Part shown: piece after piece, positions 16,973-25,384 of the stretch | How positions within the stretch are numbered: the first letter of the stretch is position 1 | How the letters are laid out: each line of letters starts with the position of its first letter | DNA from: Pseudomonadota bacterium | GTDB taxonomy: Bacteria; Pseudomonadota; Gammaproteobacteria; Acidiferrobacterales; UBA6901 | Length of the DNA stretch: 34,923 nucleotides | NCBI GenBank assembly: GCA_043738765.1 | Contig: JAYUFH010000206.1 | Location: 1 to 34,923, forward strand | Reading direction: 5' to 3' | Position numbers and translations under genes: made by a program | The notes under the pieces: model-generated | The model's input: the letters and a program-made list of their open reading frames with translations, nothing else | What the model was told of the DNA's origin: nothing | The model's database searches: none

Positions 16973-19108
16973 ATGAAATACCGCCGAATCGAACCAGGCG
17001 CACTGGCTGCGCTTTTCCTCTTCTGCGTTGGCGCCAGCGCGACAGCGGGTCCGGCCTTCACGATGGCCCAGGCGCTGCACTACCCGTATGAGTCGCAACT
17101 CGCGGCGGCGGAGAATGCCGATGTGATCGGCTGGGTGCGCAACATCGACGGTGTGCGCAACGTCTGGGTAGCGCGCGGCCCCGCATTTGCCCCGCTGCCG
17201 GTCACGAATTTCACGCAGGACGATGGGCAGGAGATCACGCAGATCACTTTCTCGCCGGATGGCACGCGTCTGGTCTACGTGCTCGGGGGTGATCACGACG
17301 CCAACTGGCCTGCGGAGGGCAACCTGGCGCCCGATCCGACTTCATCGCCGGAGCAGCCCGTGGCCGCCATCTGGGGCGTGTCTTTGAGCGGCGGGGCGCC
17401 GCGCAAGATCGACGATGGTGATGCGCCGGCGATTTCCGCAGCAGGGCAGCTGGCCTACATCAAAGACGACCATGTGTGGACCGCGTCCCTGGATGAGGGC
17501 AAGCCCGAGCGTCTGTTTTTCGATCGGGGCAAGAATAGCGACCTGCGCTGGTCGCCGGATGGCAGCCGGCTGGCGTTCGTCTCAAATCGGGTTGACCACG
17601 CCTTCATCGGCATATTCTCGTCCAAGACGGCACCGCTGTCGTATCTCGCGCCGTCCACTGGATTCGATGCGTCGCCCCGCTGGTCGCCGGATGGCGCCCA
17701 CGTGGCTTTTGTCCGACGTCCGGGCGATGGCGGTCCGCCGGAGCCGATTCTGACGCAATCACCGCATCCCTGGTCCCTCTGGACGGCGTCGGCCCTCGAT
17801 GGTGCCGGCCGCGTGGTCTGGCGCAGCCCCCGCACGCTGGCGGGTTCCTTTCCGGACGTCGAGGGCGAGACCAACCTGTATTGGGCCCAGGGCGATCATC
17901 TGGTGTTCCTCGCGTATCTCGATGATTGGCCGCATCTGTATACCGTCGCGGCGACGGGCGGTACGCCACTGTTGCTCACCCCCGGCGCCTACATGGTCGA
18001 ACATGTGGCCATCAGCCGCGACCGCCGCTTCATGATTTACGACGCCAATGCCGGATCGACCGCGGGCGACGATGATCGTCGGCATGTGTTCCGCGTACCA
18101 ATCGACCGCGCCGCACCGCTGGCACTCACCGCCGGTGGCACACTCGAGTGGACGCCGGTCAGTGCAGCCCGCGACCGGGTCGCGTTCATCGCCGCTGGCG
18201 CGCAGCAGCCCCCATCCATCGGCATTGTGGATCTGGACGGGCGGTCTCGCTCCATGGTGGAGAAGGCCCCGTTACCAGCGGATTTCCCCCTCACAGCTTT
18301 CGTCGTGCCCAAGCGCGTGACCTTTGCAGCGGCCGATGGCACGCTCATCCATGGCCAGCTGTTCGAGAATCCGGCGGTAAAGGCAGCAGCGAACAAACCC
18401 GGTGTGATCTTCGTGCACGGCGGCCCACCGCGACAAATGCTGCTTGGATGGCATTACATGGATTACTACAGCAATGCCTATGCGGTGAATCAGTATCTGG
18501 CGGCGCACGGCTTCGTCGTGCTGTCCGTGAACTATCGATTGGGAATCGGTTATGGCCGCGCGTTTCATCAACCCGAGCACGCAGGTTACGCAGGGGCCGC
18601 CGAGTACCAGGATGTTCTGGCGGGCGCCCGCTTCCTGCAGGCGCTGCCGAGCGTCGACGCGGCACGCATCGGCATCTGGGGTGGATCTTACGGTGGCTAT
18701 CTCACGGCGCTGGCGCTGGCGCGCAATTCGGATATTTTCAAAGCTGGCGTGGATCTGCACGGTGTGCACGATTGGTCGCGGCTCATGGACGCCTGGCTCG
18801 GCAAGCCGTTGAGCCGCTACGAGAAGGGCGATCGGGAGGAGGCGATGGCGGTTGCCTGGAACTCATCGCCCGATGTCGGCGTCAATGGCTGGAAGTCGCC
18901 GGTGCTGTTGATCCATGGCGATGATGATCGCAATGTGCCGTTTCAGCAGACCGTCGATCTGGCGCGGCGCCTGGAAGCGCGGGATCTACCCTTTGAAGAG
19001 CTGATCATTCCGAATGAAATACACGGATTCCTGCGGCATGACTCCTGGCTGCACGTCGACACCGCGACCGCCAGGTTTATGGCGCTCAAACTTGGTGTCT
19101 CTGAGTAG
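16973..19108 (+). CDS. S9 family peptidase (prolyl oligopeptidase/acylaminoacyl peptidase)
   Basis: Signal peptide; PD40-type WSPDG propeller repeats; HGGP, GGSYGG (Ser), HGDDDRNV (Asp) and EIHGF (His). Confidence 0.95.
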   Translation: MKYRRIEPGALAALFLFCVGASATAGPAFTMAQALHYPYESQLAAAENADVIGWVRNIDGVRNVWVARGPAFAPLPVTNFTQDDGQEITQITFSPDGTRLVYVLGGDHDANWPAEGNLAPDPTSSPEQPVAAIWGVSLSGGAPRKIDDGDAPAISAAGQLAYIKDDHVWTASLDEGKPERLFFDRGKNSDLRWSPDGSRLAFVSNRVDHAFIGIFSSKTAPLSYLAPSTGFDASPRWSPDGAHVAFVRRPGDGGPPEPILTQSPHPWSLWTASALDGAGRVVWRSPRTLAGSFPDVEGETNLYWAQGDHLVFLAYLDDWPHLYTVAATGGTPLLLTPGAYMVEHVAISRDRRFMIYDANAGSTAGDDDRRHVFRVPIDRAAPLALTAGGTLEWTPVSAARDRVAFIAAGAQQPPSIGIVDLDGRSRSMVEKAPLPADFPLTAFVVPKRVTFAAADGTLIHGQLFENPAVKAAANKPGVIFVHGGPPRQMLLGWHYMDYYSNAYAVNQYLAAHGFVVLSVNYRLGIGYGRAFHQPEHAGYAGAAEYQDVLAGARFLQALPSVDAARIGIWGGSYGGYLTALALARNSDIFKAGVDLHGVHDWSRLMDAWLGKPLSRYEKGDREEAMAVAWNSSPDVGVNGWKSPVLLIHGDDDRNVPFQQTVDLARRLEARDLPFEELIIPNEIHGFLRHDSWLHVDTATARFMALKLGVSE

Positions 19109-19114
19109 CCGGCC

Positions 19115-19612
19115 ATGTCCAAGTGCCACCTGACGTATCGACAAGGATTGCTGCCGCTGCTGCTTGTTATTCTGACCGCCTGCACATCGGGGACGACCAC
19201 CATGGATTCGACCAAGCTGAATGAGTTCGGGGCTCGGTACACTGCTGCCTGGTGCAGCCAGAAGGCCACGGGCGTCGCTGCGTTTTTTTCCGATCGGGGA
19301 TCGCTGAAGGTCAATGACGGGAGCCCGGCCGTTGGGCGCGCAGCCATTACCGCTGTCGCGCAAGGGTTCATGACCGCCTTTCCAGATCTGGTAATCAGGA
19401 TGGACAAGGTTACCGTGAACGGTACTCAGGTTGCCTACCACTGGACGCTGACCGGAACCAACACGGGTCCCGGGGGCACGGGAAAATTTGTCCGGATCAG
19501 CGGCTTCGAAGAGTGGCGGTTTGGGCCGGACGGATTGATCGCAGAGTCGAAGGGCCATTTCGACGCCGCCGACTACCAACACCAACTGAGTACCGGCATC
19601 AAGGGCTCGTGA
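19115..19612 (+). CDS. SnoaL-like/NTF2-fold (ester cyclase) protein, probable lipoprotein
   Basis: YTAAW, AFPDL, HWTLTGTNTGPGGTG and ISGFEEW motifs; lipobox-like ILTAC. Starts 6 bp after the S9 peptidase gene. Confidence 0.85.
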   Translation: MSKCHLTYRQGLLPLLLVILTACTSGTTTMDSTKLNEFGARYTAAWCSQKATGVAAFFSDRGSLKVNDGSPAVGRAAITAVAQGFMTAFPDLVIRMDKVTVNGTQVAYHWTLTGTNTGPGGTGKFVRISGFEEWRFGPDGLIAESKGHFDAADYQHQLSTGIKGS

Positions 19613-19645
19613 GCGTATGCATCCCGGTGCCTATCGGACGGCCGG

Positions 19646-20086
19646 TCAGCGGAGCACGCCCCGCTTGGCCATGGACCATGAGTACCAGCTGAAGAAACCC
19701 AGTAGCCCTGCGATAACGGCGCTCGTAATCGCCATTTGCTGACCCATGACGGCGCCGCCGTCGGTGAGGACGTAGGTGTAAAGGAGGCTAATGAGAAATG
19801 CCGCCAGCGACAGGACAAAGACAGGCAACGCCAGCTTTCTGCGCAGCAGCAAGAGGATCGAAGCCAGGAGCGCCCCAAAGACGCCGACGGCCCAGACGAC
19901 TGTCATCCAACCCGGCATCGCTTGATAGTGGGCGATCTGATCTGGCGTCATGCCCGCACTGGCCTGGTACACGGCGCCCTGCGCCATGCTCATCACGAAG
20001 TCGAACACTCCGATGGAGTTGAACAGCACGGCGATCACGCCGATCAGCCAAATGTGCCATGGCGTTTTCACCAGCGCATCTATCAT
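19646..20086 (-). CDS. Conserved hypothetical 4-TM membrane protein
   Basis: ATG 20086 preceded by GGAG; KTPWHIW.IG..A.LFN.IG..DF motif and four hydrophobic helices. Confidence 0.8.
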   Translation of the reverse strand: MIDALVKTPWHIWLIGVIAVLFNSIGVFDFVMSMAQGAVYQASAGMTPDQIAHYQAMPGWMTVVWAVGVFGALLASILLLLRRKLALPVFVLSLAAFLISLLYTYVLTDGGAVMGQQMAITSAVIAGLLGFFSWYSWSMAKRGVLR

Positions 20087-20190
20087 CGCAATCTCCAGAG
20101 ATCGGTCGTGCTCAGGGCACGCTATCACAGACCGCACCGGGAAAGCACGTGATCAAAAAGCTGGGCTGAGTGGGCTATCCTGGGCGAGCT

Positions 20191-21001
20191 TTAATGGTCC
20201 GCATAGAGCTTGACCAGCCGATACAGGAATGTCCGGCCCTCATAAACCGACCGCACACGGACGCGCCCGTTCAATCCATGGATATGCCCGCCATCGGGGG
20301 TCGGTGAAGATGCCCGTGATCCCTTAGGTGGGGATTCCGGGTGGCCACGCAGGTCGTGCGCAGCATGGCGTGCCAGTTTGGTTCCTTGTCGAGCACGGCG
20401 AGCGCTGCTGCATCGTGAGGATCGCGCACAAGGGCCGCCATCGCGGCACCGTCCGCGCCGCCGACCAGGCTTGCCATCCCGGAGAAATAGCCGCGGTTCG
20501 CGTCGTTCAGCTGAACCGCGAATTTGTAGTGGCTCACGCGGTCAACGGCGCGCACCAGGCGATAGATTGCGTTATCCGCAATCGGTCGGGAACTGATGTC
20601 CTTGCGCATCGAGGCCGCCATCCATGCCTTCGGTCAGGGCGAATTCGGCGCCGTTCACAGCGGTGTCGGTTTCATCTCCACAGGTCAGCACCAGTTTGAT
20701 CGAGTGCTTCGGGCGGTAGCCTTCCTCGCGGTAGCGAATCAGGTTGTCGACCCAGATGGCGGCCTGGGCCTTCAGGTCGCTGGTCCCGCGGCCATAGAAG
20801 TACCCGTTCTCCTCGATCAGCGTGAACGGGTCACGGGTCCAGTCTTCCCGCCTGGCTTCAACCACATCGATATGGGCAAGCATCAGAGTAAAGCTCTCGA
20901 AACCCCTGCAGCCCTTCAGTATCTGTGGCGGCTTGCGCTGAAATTGCCCCGCAGAAAGCCGTGATCACCAATGCTGCCAGGAGCGTGCTGATGCATTCCA
21001 T
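20191..21001 (-). pseudogene. M20/M25/M40 family metallo-hydrolase pseudogene
   Basis: Collinear fragments in shifting frames: signal peptide and FRELY; LAHIDVV...YGRGTSDLK...CGDET; HSSRP..DNAIY.L...TTCVAT; GIPT*GITG..HIHGLN.R...FLYRLVKLYADH*. Includes an internal TAA (20324-20326) and frameshifts. Confidence 0.9.
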
Positions 21002-21070
21002 ACCATTTTCTCAATTGATTGCCGAGTCTGACGGCATGAGCCGGGCTGTAATGGGTTCAGTGCAACCGAA

Positions 21071-21784
21071 TCATGCGCCGCGCAGTGCGGCGAGGCTCTG
21101 GCGCTGGGCGCCGGCGGCATCGAAATTCGAGGGCGCCAGCCAATGCTCGAACGCTGCCTTCGCAGCCGGCCATTCTTCGTCGAGCATCGAATACCAGGCC
21201 GTGTCGCGATTGCGGCCCCGAACGATCATGTGCTTGCGGAAAATGCCTTCGAAGCTAAACCCGAAACGGAGAGCTGCCCGGCGCGACGGCTCGTTGAGTG
21301 CGTTGCACTTCCATTCGAATCGGCGGTAGCCCAGATCCTCGAATATGTACTTCATCAACAGGTACTGGGCCTCGGTCGCGCCCGGAGTGCGTTGCAGACT
21401 CTTGCCGTAGAGTATGTTTCCTACCTCGATGCACCGGTGGGTCTGGTCAATGCGCATCAGAGTCTCGAAGCCCACAGCGCGCCCTGTGGATTGATCGACA
21501 ATCGCGTAGAAGAGGGGGTCTGTGGAAACCGCCTTGCTAGCCAGAAAGTTGTGAAACGACTTCTCGTCCGCAAATGGTTCATCGAACAGGTATTGCCAGC
21601 GCGCCGCGGCGCCAATCCCATGCGTTTCCTGCCACAGCGATGAGCCATGCCGGTCCGGCTCGAGCGGCTCGAGCCGAATGAATCGACCGGCGATCACCCG
21701 GCGTTCGGGGCGGGGCGTCGCATGCGCCGGAACCTCCGGTCCGATGGGGAGGCTTGAGAGGGGATCGAGAACCTCGATGCTTAT
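21071..21784 (-). CDS. GNAT family N-acetyltransferase (RimL/Acetyltransf_3)
   Basis: EVGNI, LGYRRFEWKCNALN..SRRAA.RFGF.FEG.FR and GRNRDTAWYS. The conserved-looking N-terminus extends upstream of GTG 21697 to an ATA at 21784 with a GGAG RBS. Confidence 0.88.
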   Translation of the reverse strand: MSIEVLDPLSSLPIGPEVPAHATPRPERRVIAGRFIRLEPLEPDRHGSSLWQETHGIGAAARWQYLFDEPFADEKSFHNFLASKAVSTDPLFYAIVDQSTGRAVGFETLMRIDQTHRCIEVGNILYGKSLQRTPGATEAQYLLMKYIFEDLGYRRFEWKCNALNEPSRRAALRFGFSFEGIFRKHMIVRGRNRDTAWYSMLDEEWPAAKAAFEHWLAPSNFDAAGAQRQSLAALRGA

Positions 21785-21832
21785 GAGAGGACTCCAGCAA
21801 TGCCGCGCGACTGCGCGCCGCCCGACAGGGAG

Positions 21833-22648
21833 TTACGGCGCGTGGTTCTGTTCGTTCTTCACGTACATCATGATGTTGATGAATGTGTCCGTCCAGTAGG
21901 TGCCCCGGTTGTCAGCGAGGAACTTCAACAGTTCTTCATGTGCCTCACTGGACACGGCAAGATAGTCGCCACCGACTCCGTGAAAGGTGAAGTTGGCCAT
22001 TGTGCCCTTCGCAGCGGCTTCTCTGGCGATTGCAATCAACTGCTCACCAGTGACGTTCGTTGGCGCTGCCGTACTCACAGCATATGGATCCAGTGTCCAC
22101 ATGTCCGGTGTAACACCACCGGGGGTAGACTTGATGGCCACGAAGTCTGATTTGATCGCTGCGATATAGTTGTCACCGGCAGCTCTGAGATCGCCACAGG
22201 GTACGGCGAAGGTGCGCTGTGTCTTGGCATCGATGGCGTGGAGCATGGTGTTGCCGAGACGTATCTGCGCCGCGAGTTGCCCGACGCTGACCTTGTCGAG
22301 ATCGTTATCAACCGTTACCCATTCGTGGCCGGGGGCTGCACGGGAGCACTGGTGAAACAGCGTATGGTTCGCTAGTTCGTGGCCTTGCGTTGCGGCCTGG
22401 CGCCACTCGACCAGACGGTTACTTACGGTATCGCTGCTCAGGACCAGATTGAATGTGCCTTTAAACCCATACTTATTGAGCGCTGGAATTGCGTTATCGA
22501 GTTGCGATTTGATCGCATCGTCATAGCTAAGGCTGACGGCGGCCTGCGCGCCGTCAGGCCATGCAAATGGCTTGCCGGCAGCTGGTGCGGGCTGGCCAGC
22601 AAACGCGAGCAACAGGGCGATCGTCAGCGACGCGAAGAGTGATTTCAT
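21833..22648 (-). CDS. Polysaccharide deacetylase (NodB/CE4) family protein, secreted
   Basis: Signal peptide from ATG 22648 (MKSLF...APA); SLSYDD, GHELANHTLFH, FAVPCG and FTFHGVGG motifs. Confidence 0.88.
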   Translation of the reverse strand: MKSLFASLTIALLLAFAGQPAPAAGKPFAWPDGAQAAVSLSYDDAIKSQLDNAIPALNKYGFKGTFNLVLSSDTVSNRLVEWRQAATQGHELANHTLFHQCSRAAPGHEWVTVDNDLDKVSVGQLAAQIRLGNTMLHAIDAKTQRTFAVPCGDLRAAGDNYIAAIKSDFVAIKSTPGGVTPDMWTLDPYAVSTAAPTNVTGEQLIAIAREAAAKGTMANFTFHGVGGDYLAVSSEAHEELLKFLADNRGTYWTDTFINIMMYVKNEQNHAP

Positions 22649-22798
22649 CTCGAGAGTATGCACGCATATTCGTGGAAGCTGGGAGCCGTCGGCGGGCCGC
22701 CAGGGAAGCGACGGATTGAGCCTCAGGCCCGCGCCTTCATTGCATCGCCCACCTAACGTAGGCATTCTGCGGGATTGGGAGAGAAAAAAGAACCCGCC

Positions 22799-24682
22799 AT
22801 GACCACCGAGCCGCCGCCGACCACTCAATCGCCACCGCCTGTACCCACGGTTCCAGCGGCTCCGATCGCACACGCGCACCCGAGTTTTCCTAAGCTTAGG
22901 TTCCTCGAAGAGCTAAAGCGCCGCAACGTCGGCCGCGTCGCAATCCTCTACGTCGTCATCGGCTACCTGATCCTCGAAGTCTTCGGCGTCTTCCTCCATG
23001 TCCTCGAGCTCCCCGCCTGGATCGGCCGCTCCATCGTCCTGCTGATGGCGCTCGGCTTCCCTGTGGCGCTCCTCATCGCCTGGATCTATGAGATCACCCC
23101 CGAAGGCCTCAAACCTACGGAAGAGGTGGCCCCACAGCAGTCCATCCGTCACCAGACTGGCAAGCGCCTGGACCGCGCCATCATCGCCGCGCTCAGCGTC
23201 GCGCTGGTCTACTTCATCGCCGACAAGTTCTGGCTCTCCAAACACACCGACAGGCAGGTCACCGCCGCACCGACGGCGTTGAGCAATACGGCAGCATCAG
23301 CCGCTACACCCGCAGCAGTGATCAGCGATAAATCGATCGCCGTGCTGCCATTCACGGATATGAGTGAAAAGAAGGATCAGGAGTACTTTGCCGATGGCAT
23401 GGCTGACGAAATTATCGATCTGCTGGCCAGGATTCCGGCTCTTAAGGTCATTGGCCGAACCTCTTCCTTCCAGTTCAAAGGCAAGAACCAGGATCTACGG
23501 ACAATCGGCAGCACGCTTGGCGCTGCCTACGTGGTTGAAGGCAGCGTACGCAAGTCCGGCGAACAGGTCAGGATAACTGCTCAACTGATCAACACACGAA
23601 CCGGAGCGCACGAGTGGTCTGAGACCTACGATGAGCTCATGGGCGACGTCCTCAAGATGCAGGATCGAATTGCGACTGGCCTGGTGCGTGCCTTGCAGGT
23701 GACCATCGGTGCGGACGACCTGCAGGCGCAACCCACGCTCCAGAGTGCTGAAGCCTACGATCTGTATCTGCGCGGTCGGCACGCCATAGACCGCTACGAC
23801 AAGGGCGGCTTCGAGAGCGCCGCGGGGTACTTTCAGCAGGCACTTGAGATAGATGCAAACTTGATCCGTGCCGCGGAGTGGCTGGCGACTACGCATGAGT
23901 GGATGGCGGAATGGAAATTCGTGCCGACTCACGCAGGTTACGAGCAGGCGCGTGCATCGGTCGAACGGGCGCTAAAGCTCGACCCGCAATCCGGGCTGGC
24001 GCACTCCCTGATGTGCACGATCCACCTTAACCAGGACAGGGACTGGGCCGCCGCTACAGAGGAATGCAATCGGGCGCTCGCATTTGAGCCACGCAACCCA
24101 CATGTTCTTGGCTATGCTGGCCAAATGCATACCGTCTTGGGGCAGTGGGACGAGGCCGCGCGTCTCACGGCGGCATCGATCGCCGTCGATCCGTTGGATT
24201 CCGGCTGGCATGATCTGCTGGCCGTCATTCGCGACCGCACCGGCCGACTTGCCGACGCGGAGGTGGAACGACGCAAGGTCCTCGAGATAACTCCGACGTA
24301 TGTGCGTGGTCACCTGGATCTGGGTCTCACGCTCCTGGCAGAAGGAAAGCTCGCAGCGGCGCTAGCTTCGATGCGCCAGGAAACTGAAGACGGTGGGCGC
24401 GATGCGGGCCTCGCGATCGTGTACTACGCTATGAGGCGTAAGGCTGACGCGGGCGAGGCGCTCGCGCGCTTCACAAAGAACCATGCAATTGATAGCGCCT
24501 ACCGGATCGCGCAAATCCATGCCTACCGCGGCGATGGCGACAAGGCATTCGATTGGCTTGGCACGGCCTATCAGCAGAAGGATGTCGATCTATGGTTTTT
24601 TATGGGCAACCTGGCATTTAAGGCACTCGAATCCGATCCGCGGTACAAAGCCTTCCTGCGCAAAATGAATCTGCCAGAGTAG
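22799..24682 (+). CDS. Membrane-anchored TolB-like/TPR protein (adenylate-cyclase-associated type, no cyclase domain)
   Basis: ELKRRNV.RV N-terminus with 3 TM helices and WIYEITPEG; SIAVLPF.DMS..KDQEYFADG...RTSSF..K; TPR repeats; DPRYKAFLRKMNLP C-terminus. Confidence 0.88.
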   Translation: MTTEPPPTTQSPPPVPTVPAAPIAHAHPSFPKLRFLEELKRRNVGRVAILYVVIGYLILEVFGVFLHVLELPAWIGRSIVLLMALGFPVALLIAWIYEITPEGLKPTEEVAPQQSIRHQTGKRLDRAIIAALSVALVYFIADKFWLSKHTDRQVTAAPTALSNTAASAATPAAVISDKSIAVLPFTDMSEKKDQEYFADGMADEIIDLLARIPALKVIGRTSSFQFKGKNQDLRTIGSTLGAAYVVEGSVRKSGEQVRITAQLINTRTGAHEWSETYDELMGDVLKMQDRIATGLVRALQVTIGADDLQAQPTLQSAEAYDLYLRGRHAIDRYDKGGFESAAGYFQQALEIDANLIRAAEWLATTHEWMAEWKFVPTHAGYEQARASVERALKLDPQSGLAHSLMCTIHLNQDRDWAAATEECNRALAFEPRNPHVLGYAGQMHTVLGQWDEAARLTAASIAVDPLDSGWHDLLAVIRDRTGRLADAEVERRKVLEITPTYVRGHLDLGLTLLAEGKLAAALASMRQETEDGGRDAGLAIVYYAMRRKADAGEALARFTKNHAIDSAYRIAQIHAYRGDGDKAFDWLGTAYQQKDVDLWFFMGNLAFKALESDPRYKAFLRKMNLPE

Positions 24683-24715
24683 CTCGGAGCGCCTGATCCG
24701 GTCATGAGCTGCTGG

Positions 24716-25384
24716 TCAATGCAGTCGTGCCTCAGCATCCTCAGGCGCGATCTGTGTGCGCCGCTGCGGCAACCAATACGCATAGATCTCGCGCACTGCC
24801 GGCGCCACCCGCACCGACCACGTGGCATGCATCCTGGCCTCATCCCCGGCAGAGAGCTCGCGCCACCCCGCCCGCGTACCAAAGAGCTGTAAGGGCCTGA
24901 GTAATTCCGGCCGCTCGCGACCCAGCAGCTTCCACCCTGCAGCATCAAGCCGCATCCCTTTCATAAACCCCTCACACCACTCATCCACGACCATGACCCG
25001 CTTGCTGCCCACGCGGCTTTCGTAGAACGTCGGCACGAATCCACCGGGGTCCGTGTCAAAGTGCAAGGCGATGTCGTTGTGCAGGCCCATCACCAGAGCC
25101 ACGAACTGATTCATCTCCTCAAGATCCCTGAAATGTGGCTGTTTCCGTCTGGCACCTTTAGACGGCTGAGCCAAGCTCACGCCCGGCGGCGGCACCAGGT
25201 TGTGAGCGCCCGGCTTCGCCCCCCAAACCCTGGGAAGCCACTTCATGGGCATCAACGTGTTCGGTCCAATGACGATGGGCGTCAAGAACCCTTCCAGCAT
25301 CACTGCATCGAGCAGCCCCGTCCGCCGCCGCAGCAGCCACTCATCGAGCCTCTGAAAATCCTCATTTGTAAACGCATTGTTCAT
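24716..25384 (-). CDS. UPF0149/YecA family protein (no C-terminal SEC-C motif)
   Basis: LEGFLT.IVIGP..L.P..WLP.VWG and EWCEGFM.G motifs. The start overlaps the permease stop (ATGA at 25381-25384). Confidence 0.82.
   Translation of the reverse strand: MNNAFTNEDFQRLDEWLLRRRTGLLDAVMLEGFLTPIVIGPNTLMPMKWLPRVWGAKPGAHNLVPPPGVSLAQPSKGARRKQPHFRDLEEMNQFVALVMGLHNDIALHFDTDPGGFVPTFYESRVGSKRVMVVDEWCEGFMKGMRLDAAGWKLLGRERPELLRPLQLFGTRAGWRELSAGDEARMHATWSVRVAPAVREIYAYWLPQRRTQIAPEDAEARLH

Noticed and set aside
22649-22879. 77-aa N-terminal extension of the deacetylase ORF
   Set aside because: It overlaps the divergent TPR gene, and a clean signal peptide begins at ATG 22648.
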